NCBI GenBank assembly: GCA_000091205.1
Contig: AP006492.2
Direction: 5' to 3' (one strand)
DNA from: Cyanidioschyzon merolae
Taxonomy: Eukaryota
Length of the DNA: 64,000 bases
Shown one piece after another: positions 42,446 to 53,818 of this stretch; the first letter of the stretch is position 1; the number at the start of each line of letters is the position of its first letter. A program made the position numbers and the translations under genes. The notes below the pieces were generated by a model. It made no database searches, was not told the origin of the DNA, and was given only the letters and a program-made list of their open reading frames with translations.

Positions 42446-43876
42446 ATGCGTAAAATGCTCGACACGATGTTGAAGAACGCTCCCGAGCGTCCCGCGGCCT
42501 CCGATATCCGCATCCCCGGTGAGCCAGGAGGCACCGGCACCAGCCGCGCGCGCGCACATGCACCCCGAATCCGCGCCCCTGAGCATGGCTCGCTGTCGAC
42601 GAGCGGGCCTCTTCCTTCCAGTGCCTTGGCAAAGCTGGGTTTCTCAACGAAGGTTTCCGGGTTGCGGGCGCTTGTGCTGCGCGCTGTCGCAGGCAGAGGC
42701 GGGCCCGGGTGCGTTTCGTTTGCTCGGGCGCGCTTTCGCCGTGTAGGTCCGCCGGACGGTGGCACCGGTGGCGACGGCGGGAACGTCATCGTTCAGGTCA
42801 GTGCGTCCGTGAGCTGCTTGCCTTCTCATCGGCACGTGGTCGTCGTGCGTGCAGAGAATGGTGCTCCAGGCCAACGCTGGGAACGGAGTGGACGTCGCGG
42901 CAAGGACGTGCGCTTCGTGGTGCCTCCAGGCACCTGGCTGCGCTGGCTGCGTGATCCAAGCACCATCGACAGTAGTCGCCCGCATGTGTTTCTGAATCTG
43001 AACGATACCGAGGATGACCAGCGCATGAACGACGCGGTACAAGCTCTTTCGGCCTTGGAGCCGTCTTGCTTTGCGCGAAACGATGCGTCTGATTCTGTTA
43101 AATTTGATGTGGACGACGGAGCGGCAACGTCGGCGTCCTCGGATTTCCCGGCGTCCGTCAAGTCCGCACCCGCCCATGTTTTGGTGAAGAGCAGCGTTGT
43201 TGCTGCCGCAGGCGGTAAGGGAGGACACGGAAACACCTTTTATCAGTCGTCGGTGAATCGCTCACCAAAGCAAGCGCAGGCGGGTCTTGAGGGCGCCGAA
43301 CAGCTCGTGCTGCTCGAGCGGCTCCCAGTCGCTGATATCGCCATCGTCGGTGCCCCGAATGCCGGCAAGTCGAGTTTGTTGGCAACATTGACGCGTGCGC
43401 GGCCTGAGATTGCGCCAACCCCATACACCACGACGGAGCCGATGCTGGGCGTACTCGAAGATCACCAGACCTGGATGCGGTCGATCCTGGTGGAGATTCC
43501 CTCCAAGACCCTGGAAGACGCCCAGCAAAGCCCGGAACTTGTGTGGCACTTATTTCGCGCGTGCCGTCATGTGGTTGCAGTGGTCGACCACCAGCGTACC
43601 GCGGGCAATACGCGACTGCTGCGGGAGCAGGTTCGTGCTCTGCAACGCATGGTCGCACCTCGAGTCCTCGCTGGTTGCGTCGTGCGTTCGCATTTGCTCC
43701 AGGGCCAGCCACAAAAGGACCAAGCGATGCCGCAACACATGGAAGGCGTGGCGTTGCTTACGCGTTTAGCGGATGTGCGCCAGGCTTTACTCAAACTAAC
43801 CACAGAGCCACCCTGGGTGCTTCACACGGACAATGAACAGGGAACGCGGCATTCGCAACGGATGCTTGGGCGTTGA
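42446..43876 (+). CDS. OBG: Obg/CgtA-family GTPase (organellar type) with a divergent G3 region
   Basis: The Obg-fold N-domain reads FARARFRRVGPPDGGTGGDGGNVIVQ ... AENGAPGQ ... VPPGTWLR. The G1 motif is IAIVGAPNAGKSSLL and the G2 region is TPYTTTEPMLGV. The expected DxxG (G3) is replaced by VEIPS. A long acidic insertion separates the Obg fold from the G domain. Confidence 0.8.
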   Translation: MRKMLDTMLKNAPERPAASDIRIPGEPGGTGTSRARAHAPRIRAPEHGSLSTSGPLPSSALAKLGFSTKVSGLRALVLRAVAGRGGPGCVSFARARFRRVGPPDGGTGGDGGNVIVQVSASVSCLPSHRHVVVVRAENGAPGQRWERSGRRGKDVRFVVPPGTWLRWLRDPSTIDSSRPHVFLNLNDTEDDQRMNDAVQALSALEPSCFARNDASDSVKFDVDDGAATSASSDFPASVKSAPAHVLVKSSVVAAAGGKGGHGNTFYQSSVNRSPKQAQAGLEGAEQLVLLERLPVADIAIVGAPNAGKSSLLATLTRARPEIAPTPYTTTEPMLGVLEDHQTWMRSILVEIPSKTLEDAQQSPELVWHLFRACRHVVAVVDHQRTAGNTRLLREQVRALQRMVAPRVLAGCVVRSHLLQGQPQKDQAMPQHMEGVALLTRLADVRQALLKLTTEPPWVLHTDNEQGTRHSQRMLGR

Positions 43877-43900
43877 CCACGAGGCGAAAGCGCCGACCGT

Positions 43901-45073
43901 TTAGCCGCTCTGTGGTGTACGCAGGTCAAACTCAAAGTATGCGCTACATAGCTCGGTGATAGTATCGTTGAGCCGTCTAAAATCCTCTTGCCGTTCCAGC
44001 GCATGATCGCCATGCTTCACGAGAGTGACGGTGACGTCACGGGAGCGCAGCAGCTGGGCGAGCAGAATTGAGCGCTCCGCTGGTACTTCTTCATCATTTA
44101 AGCCGTGGATGAGGCGAACTGGAACGTCGATGGGTAGCGACCCGGGTTCGCCGCGCAGGAGAAGATGCGAACGAGCGTCCTCGACGAGCGCGCGTGAGAT
44201 GGGATACTCCTCGAAACCGTGTTTCCACATGATACTGCCTTTTTCCACGACCTGCCGCTGTTGCTCTGGCGTCATTCGCGGCCAGACCAGGTCTTCGGTA
44301 AAGTCCGGATCCGCTGCTAGCCCAATGATGCCGCTGATGCGCTCCGGACGTCTCATGGCGAGCAGCAGCGCAATCCAGCCGCCGATACCTTCGCCAACCA
44401 ACAGCACTCGACCGCAAGCGCCGAGCACCTTCTCCAGCAGCGCCTCCGCGTGCGAGGTCCATAAAGACAAGGTTCCGATCTCAGTGAAGACTCCAGAGGA
44501 TCGGCCGGTACCGGCGTAGTCGGCACAGAACATGCCCTGCCCGGTCTGACGGCAGAACACCTCCAGTTCAGACGCTTTCGAGTGCATGCGCGATTTCGCT
44601 AAACCCGGCAGGAAGAACACAAACGGACGCACCGTACCCAATTGAAAGTCATAGTATATTGAAAAACCCTCAATGTCCACCACTTTGTTCCGTCCAGCCA
44701 CTGGCGTCAACCGCTTCAGCGCCGACGTAGGCAGCGTCGTCGTCGCCCGCAGGCCACCGAGGTGAACGCTGGGCTTCCGCACGCGACGCGTTTCCGCCCC
44801 GAGTCCTGGTCTAGGGCTCACACTTTCGCATCTAGACTCGTGACAACTACGAAACGTGGAATTGAACCCTTTGAAAGGAACACTGAGGAACGCCATACCA
44901 AACGCTATCGCAACTGCGGAACAAGTACACTGCACGCAACGTGCATGCATGCGTGTGCCTGCGTTCATGCGGGACGCGAGATGTCGATCGCTTCTGCGCG
45001 CTGCGTGTGTTCTCAGGCGTGCGTCCCGCGGGCATCTGGCGCAGGGCGCGGTGTCCGTGCGCTGGCGCGCCAA
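43901..45073 (-). CDS. Alpha/beta-hydrolase-fold protein; the nucleophile elbow reads GEGIGG instead of GHSMGG
   Basis: LLVGEGIGGWIALLLAMRRPERISGIIGLAADPDF and the downstream HG...D / KHGDH blocks fit the alpha/beta-hydrolase fold. The Ser of GxSxG appears to be replaced by Gly. The stop codon lies only 24 bp from the Obg stop (convergent genes). Confidence 0.65.
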   Translation of the reverse strand: MARQRTDTAPCARCPRDARLRTHAARRSDRHLASRMNAGTRMHARCVQCTCSAVAIAFGMAFLSVPFKGFNSTFRSCHESRCESVSPRPGLGAETRRVRKPSVHLGGLRATTTLPTSALKRLTPVAGRNKVVDIEGFSIYYDFQLGTVRPFVFFLPGLAKSRMHSKASELEVFCRQTGQGMFCADYAGTGRSSGVFTEIGTLSLWTSHAEALLEKVLGACGRVLLVGEGIGGWIALLLAMRRPERISGIIGLAADPDFTEDLVWPRMTPEQQRQVVEKGSIMWKHGFEEYPISRALVEDARSHLLLRGEPGSLPIDVPVRLIHGLNDEEVPAERSILLAQLLRSRDVTVTLVKHGDHALERQEDFRRLNDTITELCSAYFEFDLRTPQSG

Positions 45074-45079
45074 TCGCCA

Positions 45080-45690
45080 AGCCCTGTATGCCCAGCGACA
45101 CGCTGATCGATGCTCTTGTCATCAACAGAGCGACTATAGAAAAGACCGGGGATATGCGATTTCATGCCTGGTATCAGCAAATGGAAAAGCGTTCATCGAT
45201 CCAGAGCCTATATCCGAGTCCCATGTACGCGTCAATCAATCGCCGGCTTCGCGTACCGCGTTGCACCCGAGCGCTAGCATCTTGCGTGCGTTGGGGTGCG
45301 CGCGCCGGCACGCACCTCTCGATGCGTGCCGGCGCATTCGGGCGGGCGATGCTGCGAGTAACGCCTCTGCTGCTGCCGAGCATGCAACAGGCGATGCGTC
45401 CTCGAGCCGACGCCCTCTGTATGGTACGGCAACGCCGTTCTGTCTCCGTGCAGGGACCGCACCGGCGCTATAGGCGCTATTGCGGTCGCCGCTTTCGGCA
45501 GGCACTAGGCACACACGATAGGACGTATGAGATGACCAGAATATCCGAGATGAAGGATAGGTAATGTAACGTGGGAGTAGGGGATTCGGTGGATACTTGA
45601 CCGCGCACTGAAAAAATAACACAAAAAAGTAGGAATAGAAAAATACGCATTATCGGAGAACGCTGGCCTAAGTAAACGTTTTGTCAATGA
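45080..45690 (+). repeat. R1 repeat, copy f (head partly degenerate)
   Basis: Core 'cctcgagccgacgccctctgtatggtacggcaacgccgttctgtctccgtgcaggg'. Tail 'gaccagaatatccgagatgaaggataggtaatgtaacgtgggagtagggg...gcgcactgaaaaaataacacaaaaaagtaggaatagaaaaatacgc...gtcaatgaaagaaaaactgg'. Confidence 0.55.
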
Positions 45691-46761
45691 AAGAAAAACT
45701 GGCAACACGTATGATGCAGAATGACACGGTGGGCGTGCTTGCCCCGATGGTATCTCGCGTTTGGCGTCGAGCCCTGGCGTGCGTCTGTGCGTGCCACGCG
45801 CGTCACGTAAGCGATACATGATGCTGGTGTGTGCCTCTGCCCACGGGACGCTCCCGTGTCGAACGGCGGGCCGCCTTCACGAAGCGTCTGCGCGGAGCCA
45901 ACACCCAGGTGCCTCCAGAAGGGTACGCAGAGACCAGTTGACCTGAGGCAGCGCTTGCGCCAGTACGGACGCGTTTCTGGTGCATGACCGCAGCGCTACC
46001 CCTATCGGATACTTGTCGTTGGTGTTGGTCGGCACAGCGAGCCGTACGAGTGTGCGTTCCGGCGCCTGTCGCGCTCAAGAGAACCCTGTATGGATAGCGC
46101 CAAGCGTGCGATACCCGGTTCCGAGGCCAGCTTCCATGACGCCGTATAGCCGTCCCGCCTCTCCGTCAGGCAACAGCAGCAGCGCACCCGGCTGCACAAC
46201 AAGTATCTACGATAGGCTCTGCATTCGTGAGGTCGATGGATCGCTCGAACCCCTATATCCCAGATAATGCCTTTTCCATACGTCGTGCTGTACATCCATC
46301 TATGGACAAGAAGTGTACTCGATTCCGCACCTGCCTGCGGAAAGCGCCGCCAGCACCAGCAGCTCGCGCGCCCTTGTTATCATGGTGAAAGTTCAATGAA
46401 ACGTTCCACGGCATCCGCCAAGCAAAGTCGTTCTCAGCATGACGCAAGACGTGCACCAAGCTGCACCAGCAAAAATTACCGCTCATGCTTGCCTGTGGAC
46501 GTCTCATCTTGGTGTCGCGCTGGATCATGATACCGGTTACCTGGCGCGCGAGATGCGCCAGTGCCACACAGCGGCGCGCGTGTGGCCAGCACGACGCCCC
46601 GCTCCGCCTCCCTGCCCTGAACGTATCGTGTGTCGAGGGGCAGGCATCGCTGCGTACTAGCACTGGTACCAGGTGCGAGCAGTCCGGTGTGACTTCGCTT
46701 TCCAGGCGTACGGGTGTTGTGTCTGTGACGATACGCACGGTGGTTTGCAAAAAATCGCAAA

Positions 46762-49700
46762 ATGGGACTGGTCTCTTTTCGGCAGCGGTCGTACCGCTGG
46801 TTTGACCGTTTCTCGGTGATGCTGACGCGGAACCTACGTCTCGTGTACCGCGACACCTTTGCGCTCGTGCTGGTGTTGCTCGTTCCGTTCCTCTTCACGT
46901 TCTTTGTCTTTATCGCGCACTTGTCGTACAATGACGATGCGATTTTCTCTCGAACGACGGGGCCGAAACCGGACCCGCCGGCAATTCCTTTATCCAGCTA
47001 CGTGGAGCCGTGTCGTGCAGTTGTCAGTGATCGTTGCTACAACTTTGCGGTGGTTCCTGGCTCCAACAGCACCGTGGTCGGCTGGGTACAGGAGGTCTCC
47101 AGGCGCCTTGGGCTGTCCACCGCAGTGAACGAGTCGGGAGGTATCATTACATTCGAAACCTCTGATGCGTTGAACGAGTTCATGGTTGCCAACCCGAACG
47201 TGACCCAGGCTGCGTACGTGTTCGAGCCCGAGCAGCTGCGCGCTATCGACGCTGGACGCATTAGTTTCACGGTTCAGTACAACCAGTCTTGCCAACAGAC
47301 GTTTCCTGGTTTTATTTGTAGATACCAGGAGGTGTATTTGGTCCCTGGAATGATTGCGGCGATGAACGACGTCCTGCTGGGGACCAGGCTGAACCTGAGC
47401 AGCGCCTTCATGCCGCATCCGAAACTGCAGTCTGCATTGGACGCTTTTGAAGAATTCGGTCCCTTTATGATGTTTGGATCGCTGGTTATTGTTTTTGTTT
47501 ATTATCTGATGGTCTTGGTGGGTGAGAAAGAGTTGAAACTGCGAGAGGCGTTGAAAATGATCGGTTTGTCGCAGTCGCTGTACTTTCTGAGCGAGGGCGT
47601 TGTTTTCATCCTCGTTTCGACGCTATCAGTATTTCTGCTGTATGCGTTCGGAGCCCTTTTCCAATTTCAGTTCTATCTTAAGAACGCCTTTGGATGCGTG
47701 TTTTTCACGTACTGGATTTTCTCTCTGAGTTTGATATGCTGGGCGTTTTTCTTCCACGTTTTCCTAACCCGATCGAATCAGGTTTCATCGGCTGCGTTCG
47801 TTTTCTTCATCCTGAGTTACCTGTTGGGGTCCTCCGGCGCCTACCTCTACTACGACAAACCCTCGGGAGGTCCATTCGTATCGAGGTCGCTTCTATTTCT
47901 GCGATATGTATTCGCGCTTTTGAGCCCAGTGATGTTTTACAAATGCGTTACCGACCTGAGTATTTACTCGGCTGTGTTCACTGGTCTAAGATGGAGCGAT
48001 CGCGCCAGCTACACGAACTTGTGGCCGCTGACGCAGTGCTGGAGCTGGATGATCTGGACGGGCATCGTCGTTCTGGTGCTCGCCATCTACCTCGACAACG
48101 TGCTTCCGAACGTCTATGGTGTCAGCCTGCCCTGGTGGTACCCGTTCTCTGCTGCCTACTGGCGAGGAGACGCACTGCATCTCCAGCAGCAAAAGCGAAA
48201 AGCATGGCGCCTTTTCCGCCGCCACCGCCGCCAGCGTAGCCAAACAGACACCACCGGCGATGCAGACGACGCGGAAGCGGACGAGGCAGTCAGCGCTGCG
48301 ATCGCAGCGCTCACTGCCCAGCAGCGACATGTGGACGCTGACGACGCGGTCAACGGCAAGGAGGGATACGAGCCGAAAGACGCTGCTGCGGCCGCTGCAC
48401 TGACGAAGTCGTGGGCGGCCTCTGCGCTCGAACACAATGGTGACATGCCCGCTATCGACGCCAGCGATCACGAGGGTATCATTGTGGCTCCGGAAACAGA
48501 CGCCAAGGCAGCGTCAGCGCCGTTGATATTGGCATCATCATCATCATCACCAATGTCGTCGTCGACGGAGTTGGAGTCTGCCAGGGAGCCCGATACGACG
48601 GCGTCGTTCCTGGAACGGCTCCAGTCCATGGTGGAGGTCGCACGCGAGCCTTCACATCGTCACAGCGATGACACGCCAGAAGCGAAGACGGCGGACGCAG
48701 CAGTCGACGCAGACGTGGCAGCGGAGCGCGAGGCCGTTCTCAGCGGTAGAGGGCTCTCGCCGGCGAGCGCTCTGGTGATCCGCCGTCTCACGAAGCATTT
48801 CCGCAAGCAGCTTGCCGTCGACGATCTGTGTTTGTCGGCCGACCATGGAGCACTGACCTGTCTTCTGGGTCCGAATGGAAGCGGGAAGACAACCACCTTT
48901 AATATGCTCACCGGTGTGTTTCGTCCTACCGCTGGAGACGCCTGGGTCTACGGTTACTCGATCACGCAGGAACAGCAGCTGTTACGCCCACTCATGGGGG
49001 TGTGTCCGCAGCACGATATTCAGTGGGCGAATCTCACGGCCGCTGAACATGTGTACTTGTTTGCGACGTTGAAAGGCATCCCCCGATCGAAGCGGCACGA
49101 TGAAGTGAGCCGACGTCTCGAGCAGGTGGATCTGCTGCGTGTTAGCCACAAGTACCCGCGTCAGATGTCCGGTGGCATGCGGCGGCGGCTCTCGGTGGCC
49201 ATGGCCCTGGTCGGAGATCCGCTCATTGTCTACCTCGATGAACCGACGACAGGCATGGACCCGAGCATGCGGAGAGCAGTCTGGAACATGATTGCCGCTG
49301 CGAAACCAGGTCGAACAATCGTGCACACGACGCATTCTATGGAGGAGGCTGACGTGCTGGGTGACCGCATCGCGATCATGTATCGCGGGCGACTGTCGGT
49401 ACTCGGAACACCGCTTCGTCTGAAACACAAGTTTGGTACCGGGTATCGACTGAGCGTCACAGTGCAGGCAACGCAGAGCGAGGCTTTGCACGATCGCCTG
49501 CGGGCGCTCTACCCACGAGTCAAGCGCCTGAGCATCAGCACGCTCGCAGACCAGCGGTATGTGCTGTGTGAATACGAGCTGGTGCCGCTGGAGTCCACGA
49601 ATCTCTTCCGCACCAGTGATGGCGGTGGCACGAACCAGTATCGCTCAGTGCAAGCGCAGCGACGCCTCTTCCAAGAGATGGAGAACAATGCCAGCGGCTG

Positions 49701-49929
49701 GGGAATTGCCGACTTTTCGGTGAGTGGCACCTCCCTCGAGAGCGTGTTTATTCGTGTATTTGAGCTTAACGAGCAGCTTCAGCATACGGCGGAAGCGAGC
49801 GCTAGGGCGGCAGCCGCTGAACCTAAGCGGCGGACCTGGCCTTGGCTGCGTTGGCCTTGGGTCAAATCTCGTCGAGGCGAGCTCCAGTCGCAGCCGATGC
49901 AAACCGCAGAGACGGAGACTCGTCGCTAG
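46762..49929 (+). CDS. ABCA-family half-size ABC transporter with one TMD and one NBD
   Basis: An N-terminal TM helix is followed by a large extracytosolic loop and then a multi-helix TMD. Walker A is LLGPNGSGKTTTFNMLTG, the ABC signature is MSGGMRRRLSVAMAL, Walker B is LIVYLDEPTTGMD and the H-loop is HTTHSMEEAD. A Ser-rich low-complexity insert (SSSSSPMSSS) precedes the NBD. Confidence 0.85.
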   Translation: MGLVSFRQRSYRWFDRFSVMLTRNLRLVYRDTFALVLVLLVPFLFTFFVFIAHLSYNDDAIFSRTTGPKPDPPAIPLSSYVEPCRAVVSDRCYNFAVVPGSNSTVVGWVQEVSRRLGLSTAVNESGGIITFETSDALNEFMVANPNVTQAAYVFEPEQLRAIDAGRISFTVQYNQSCQQTFPGFICRYQEVYLVPGMIAAMNDVLLGTRLNLSSAFMPHPKLQSALDAFEEFGPFMMFGSLVIVFVYYLMVLVGEKELKLREALKMIGLSQSLYFLSEGVVFILVSTLSVFLLYAFGALFQFQFYLKNAFGCVFFTYWIFSLSLICWAFFFHVFLTRSNQVSSAAFVFFILSYLLGSSGAYLYYDKPSGGPFVSRSLLFLRYVFALLSPVMFYKCVTDLSIYSAVFTGLRWSDRASYTNLWPLTQCWSWMIWTGIVVLVLAIYLDNVLPNVYGVSLPWWYPFSAAYWRGDALHLQQQKRKAWRLFRRHRRQRSQTDTTGDADDAEADEAVSAAIAALTAQQRHVDADDAVNGKEGYEPKDAAAAAALTKSWAASALEHNGDMPAIDASDHEGIIVAPETDAKAASAPLILASSSSSPMSSSTELESAREPDTTASFLERLQSMVEVAREPSHRHSDDTPEAKTADAAVDADVAAEREAVLSGRGLSPASALVIRRLTKHFRKQLAVDDLCLSADHGALTCLLGPNGSGKTTTFNMLTGVFRPTAGDAWVYGYSITQEQQLLRPLMGVCPQHDIQWANLTAAEHVYLFATLKGIPRSKRHDEVSRRLEQVDLLRVSHKYPRQMSGGMRRRLSVAMALVGDPLIVYLDEPTTGMDPSMRRAVWNMIAAAKPGRTIVHTTHSMEEADVLGDRIAIMYRGRLSVLGTPLRLKHKFGTGYRLSVTVQATQSEALHDRLRALYPRVKRLSISTLADQRYVLCEYELVPLESTNLFRTSDGGGTNQYRSVQAQRRLFQEMENNASGWGIADFSVSGTSLESVFIRVFELNEQLQHTAEASARAAAAEPKRRTWPWLRWPWVKSRRGELQSQPMQTAETETRR

Positions 49930-50494
49930 GTAGCGTTTCGCGAACAATTCAGCACGCGACTCCCGCATGATATTGAACCAGCAAGATGTCGCGATACCTG
50001 AACAAGGAACGAGTGCGGGCATTTCCTCAAGCGTTCCGCAGATGGCAAAGGTGAAGCACAACTCGAACGCTCCATGCTGCAGTGTCGGTAACCAGATATC
50101 AAAGTGGCGACGCATGCTTCATGAGCTGGACAAGCGATATCGTCTCAGCTTGACTTGGTGCGTTGGCGTCTGTAAAGATCGGCATATACGGCCAGCAGAG
50201 CTACAGTTTGGACATGACTTTGCTGTTCAGCGACGCAGTCGTCGCAAGCGTCGTCTACCAGTCACGTCGGTGGTCGTAGCACATCGCCGATGCCTAGCTG
50301 TTGCCTCCGCGTTTGGCACTAGGATGTTCGGCGCACTGCAGCAGCGAGAACAGCAGCAGTGCGCGCTGAGGTCTGTCTGCCAAATGGGGAACCCTGCGCG
50401 GTCTGTGCAGCGTGCCGGTCGCAGCAGGTACTGGACTAGACGCCGACGGTACGGCGGTACAGGGTATTTTGCCTATGCTCGAATGCAGCAGGCG

Positions 50495-50545
50495 CTCTTC
50501 CGTATTCACACACAAACACACAGACACACAGACAAACATAGATCA
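50495..50545. repeat. Imperfect (CA)n / (ACAG)n microsatellite
   Basis: 'cacacaaacacacagacacacagacaaacatagatcaaca'. Confidence 0.7.
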
Positions 50546-51174
50546 ACAAGGAGTGCCCGATGTCGCTGCTCAAGGAACGTGTCGATGACGCCCTATGCAA
50601 ATACACGCGGGTACATTGGACACGATTTCGCGTGCGCCGCTCTTCAAACATACACTCTTGGGAAAAACCTTTTTCACGCAGGCGCCGCTGCTTGGTAACC
50701 TATCGCGCAGCAGTGATCCAGCGTGTCTCGACCTGACACCTTCATTCATGAACCCGCGCTTCATACCAAGCAGCAGAGCATGGAGCCAGAATCTCTGTTA
50801 TCCGACGCTGTCTGCATAGAGGAGTGCTCGCATGCAACCTGCTGGCGCATGTGGATACGCGTTCTTCACAGCTTTCTGCCCTTGGACTAGTCTACGGGCG
50901 TGCGCGCTCACTTTCCCCGAAAGTCGATAGAGCAATCACTCGACGGCACCAAGCGTCGTCATTCTTCGCGGGAAACGTCGTCTTCGCTTCGATGGTTGTC
51001 GACAACAGTCGCGCATCCAGGGGATACTGGTACCATGCATCAGTCGCATGCAATCAGTGAACACACTGAACGAGATACCAGAAACAAAACGAGAGAAACC
51101 AAATTCTAACTAGCGTCTAGATAAGAATGTCGTTCAAACTTCACGGTAAGCATTGACAGGGAGACGTTTTCCGC

Positions 51175-52030
51175 GTATTCGAGTGTTACGCTTCTGGGGG
51201 CAGGAGGCCCCGCGAACCGGACGAGTCTACCGGGCTTGCGCTCCGTGTGCCTCTGCATTGCCGGGCTCAGGAGCAAGACGCAAGGAACTCGTTCGCCACG
51301 CAGTTCATTCTGGGACTAGGAGCGGTTGGGCTGTCTCTGGGCGTCGACCTGGTCACGGAAGTCTCCAAGCATATCGCTCCACGCTGCCGCAAGCTGAAGA
51401 GCTGGCTGCGCAACTCGCACGCTCCCAGCAGGACGAAGAGGCCGGATTCCTTGTTCAATGAACCACGCCTCGAGCCGACACCCCCAGTGGTGTGGCAAAG
51501 CCGTTCTGACTGGGTGCTCCATTCGCACCGGCGGTACAGACGTTACGGTGGGTGCTCACTGGATGCGCTCAGTCCACGACAGATCGTATCGAGCGACCAG
51601 TCCATCCGAGAGCAAGGATCGGAGATGGAACTTGAAGGTACACTGAAGAATAATGGACGCTTTTCTTAATCTCAATATGCATCCCGCAGTCTAGGATCCA
51701 CGCTCCAAGTAAACGTTCTGGATGAACAAACGCAATCCACAAGGGTCGTCTGCGCCGCTGTGCCGCTCCGGGAACGCGGCAGCGATCCATGCAATCGCCC
51801 AGCTCGCTTGCAACGCATGGCGATCGTCCCGGAGGCGCGGCCGGAGCGGCAGCTCAAGGCAACGAAGGGCGAGGCGAGGCAGCGCGGTGCGGCAGGCGCC
51901 ACCGGCGGCGATCGCATCGATCACATGCACCGCGCACTGAAAAACCCCCCAAAAAGAAAGGCAAAATGCGCATCATCGGAGAACGCTGGCCTGAGTGAAC
52001 GTTTTGTCCATGAAAAAGAAAATCGATCGC
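51175..52030 (+). repeat. R1 repeat, copy g (with a duplicated or extended 3' region)
   Basis: Head 'gtattcgagtgttacgcttctgggggcaggaggccccgcgaaccggacgagtctaccgggc'. Core 'cctcgagccgacacccccagtggtgtggcaaagccgttctgac'. Tail 'gcgcactgaaaaaccccccaaaaagaaaggcaaaatgcgcatcatcggagaacgctggcctgagtgaacgttttgtccatgaaaaagaaaatcgatcgc'. The tail overlaps the first codons of the SAS-6 ORF. Confidence 0.55.
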
Positions 52031-53818
52031 ATGCGCGCCAGCTGCGCGCACACGCACGTCGCTGCCGGCAGTTCAAAATCATTCGCCGCTGCGCAACGCA
52101 CAACGCGATCCTGGACAGTTGCCGCATTCCCAGGGCGCACGCGCGTGGCGCCCTTCGTGCATCCGACGGTTGCGGAGGTACTGGTGCTGGTACCCGCGAG
52201 CGTGGACATTGCTTTCCACCAAGTGCTGGGTTGGCGACAGGCCCCTTGGATGAATGAACCTCCAACGTTTGGATCAGCGTCAGCGCTGACGGATCCGCGA
52301 AGTCAAAACGGGGTACCTGAGCGTGCTGACGCTTTTCCTGGGCGCTACGAACAGCGTGTCCCGTTTACGGTGCGATGCGTGCGTACCGGTAGCGAGCGCA
52401 CGCAGGTTCCGCTGCGTGTTCAGCTGCGTGCAGACGGCGCTGATCAGGAGGCTGGGGATGATGATGCATCTGCACCTCCTTGGGAGTCCTCGGAGCGGTA
52501 TGCTCGTGGAATGGGTGTGTCTGCGGCCTCAGCGAGCGAACTGTCGACTGGCCGACGCGTCGCGCACGTCGGACCGCTGGCGCTGCGAACTTTGCGACTG
52601 CGTATCACTGACCCCGCAGACCCGATCTTTCTATACGAGTGGCGCATGACAGAGGAAGAGTATCCACGGTTCAAGGCAGACCAGTGTCTCTTTGTTGATT
52701 TTGGCCGCTTTCCGCGAACACTGGTGGACCTCTTCGAACAGTGTCGTCGGGAGGGAAGCGGTTTTCACGCCTTGCTCCGCCTGGAAGACGGGGCAGCACG
52801 ACTTTCGGTCTTCGAAACGACAGCGTTCCGAAACTTGCCGCACTTGGCATTGGAATTGCAGGCAGCGAGCGGGGAACGGCTACAGCGCTACCTCGTCTCG
52901 AGTCTGCACAGCGCGGAACGGAGAGCTACCCGTTTGGAGGAGTCCATGGAGCAGATGCGCCGATCACTAGACGAGCGCACGGCTCGAGTCCAGGAGCTCA
53001 TGGGACAGGTGGCGCAACTCCAACAAGAGCGCTCTCAGGCAGCGGAGGCAGCACGGGCCCAGCATCAGGCCGAGCTCGCCGAGGTCCGCGAGCAAGCCCT
53101 CAAAGAGGCGCTCCAGAGACAGGAGCAGTGGCAGCAGGAGCGTCGTGCACTCGAAGAACGATATCGGGAGGAGATAGCCACGCTCTCGGAGCGAATACGA
53201 CAGAACGAAACGGACATGCAGCGGCTCACCGACGAACGATACGCCCGTGAGCAACAGATTCGGCAGCTCGAGCTACGCCTGAGCGCCCAGCAGAGCGAGC
53301 ACGAAACCATGCGGTCGGAGCTGGACAGAGTGCGCCAGGATCTTCGGGAGCGCGCCCGTGCGGTGCACGAGCTTGAGCGACAACTGGACGCAGTGAACGC
53401 CCAGATCCAGGGACTGGAGCGGGCCCTGCAAGACAAAGACGCCTGGATAGAACGCATGCGCCAGATGCTAGAGCTTGCGAACGCTCAAAAGAGCACACTG
53501 GAAGAGACAATTTTAGCCCATCGGGAGGCTCGGGCACGCCTCGAACGACAGCTCGAGGCAGCAGCTGCCGAAATAGAGCGCGGCAATAGTCTCCTGGAGC
53601 GATTACAGTCAGCGCTCCGCGAGGCCAAGACGAAGGCGCGACTCAAGGCTGCGGTTGCGGAGCAGCAGGAGGCGCTGCTGCGAGAGCGCCAGCGCGAGAT
53701 CGACGCTCTGAGAGAGCAGCTCACCGCGCTGACGACGCACACACGACCATGGCGTGCCCCTGGGGCTCCCCCGGAGCCGACCTCGGCATCAGCAAGCTCA
53801 GAAATTTCCGCCCCCTGA
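51995..53818 (+). CDS. SAS6: SAS-6 centriole cartwheel protein. The true start is probably downstream, at M13 (52031) or M86 (52250).
   Basis: The N-terminal head domain ITDPADPIFLYEWRMTEEEYPRFKADQCLFVDFGRFPRTLVDLFEQC matches the SAS-6 PISA block; human SAS-6 reads [47 protein letters not shown]. About 330 residues of heptad-rich coiled coil follow. The first 12 codons of the ORF are R1g tail sequence. Confidence 0.8.
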   Translation: MNVLSMKKKIDRMRASCAHTHVAAGSSKSFAAAQRTTRSWTVAAFPGRTRVAPFVHPTVAEVLVLVPASVDIAFHQVLGWRQAPWMNEPPTFGSASALTDPRSQNGVPERADAFPGRYEQRVPFTVRCVRTGSERTQVPLRVQLRADGADQEAGDDDASAPPWESSERYARGMGVSAASASELSTGRRVAHVGPLALRTLRLRITDPADPIFLYEWRMTEEEYPRFKADQCLFVDFGRFPRTLVDLFEQCRREGSGFHALLRLEDGAARLSVFETTAFRNLPHLALELQAASGERLQRYLVSSLHSAERRATRLEESMEQMRRSLDERTARVQELMGQVAQLQQERSQAAEAARAQHQAELAEVREQALKEALQRQEQWQQERRALEERYREEIATLSERIRQNETDMQRLTDERYAREQQIRQLELRLSAQQSEHETMRSELDRVRQDLRERARAVHELERQLDAVNAQIQGLERALQDKDAWIERMRQMLELANAQKSTLEETILAHREARARLERQLEAAAAEIERGNSLLERLQSALREAKTKARLKAAVAEQQEALLRERQREIDALREQLTALTTHTRPWRAPGAPPEPTSASASSEISAP

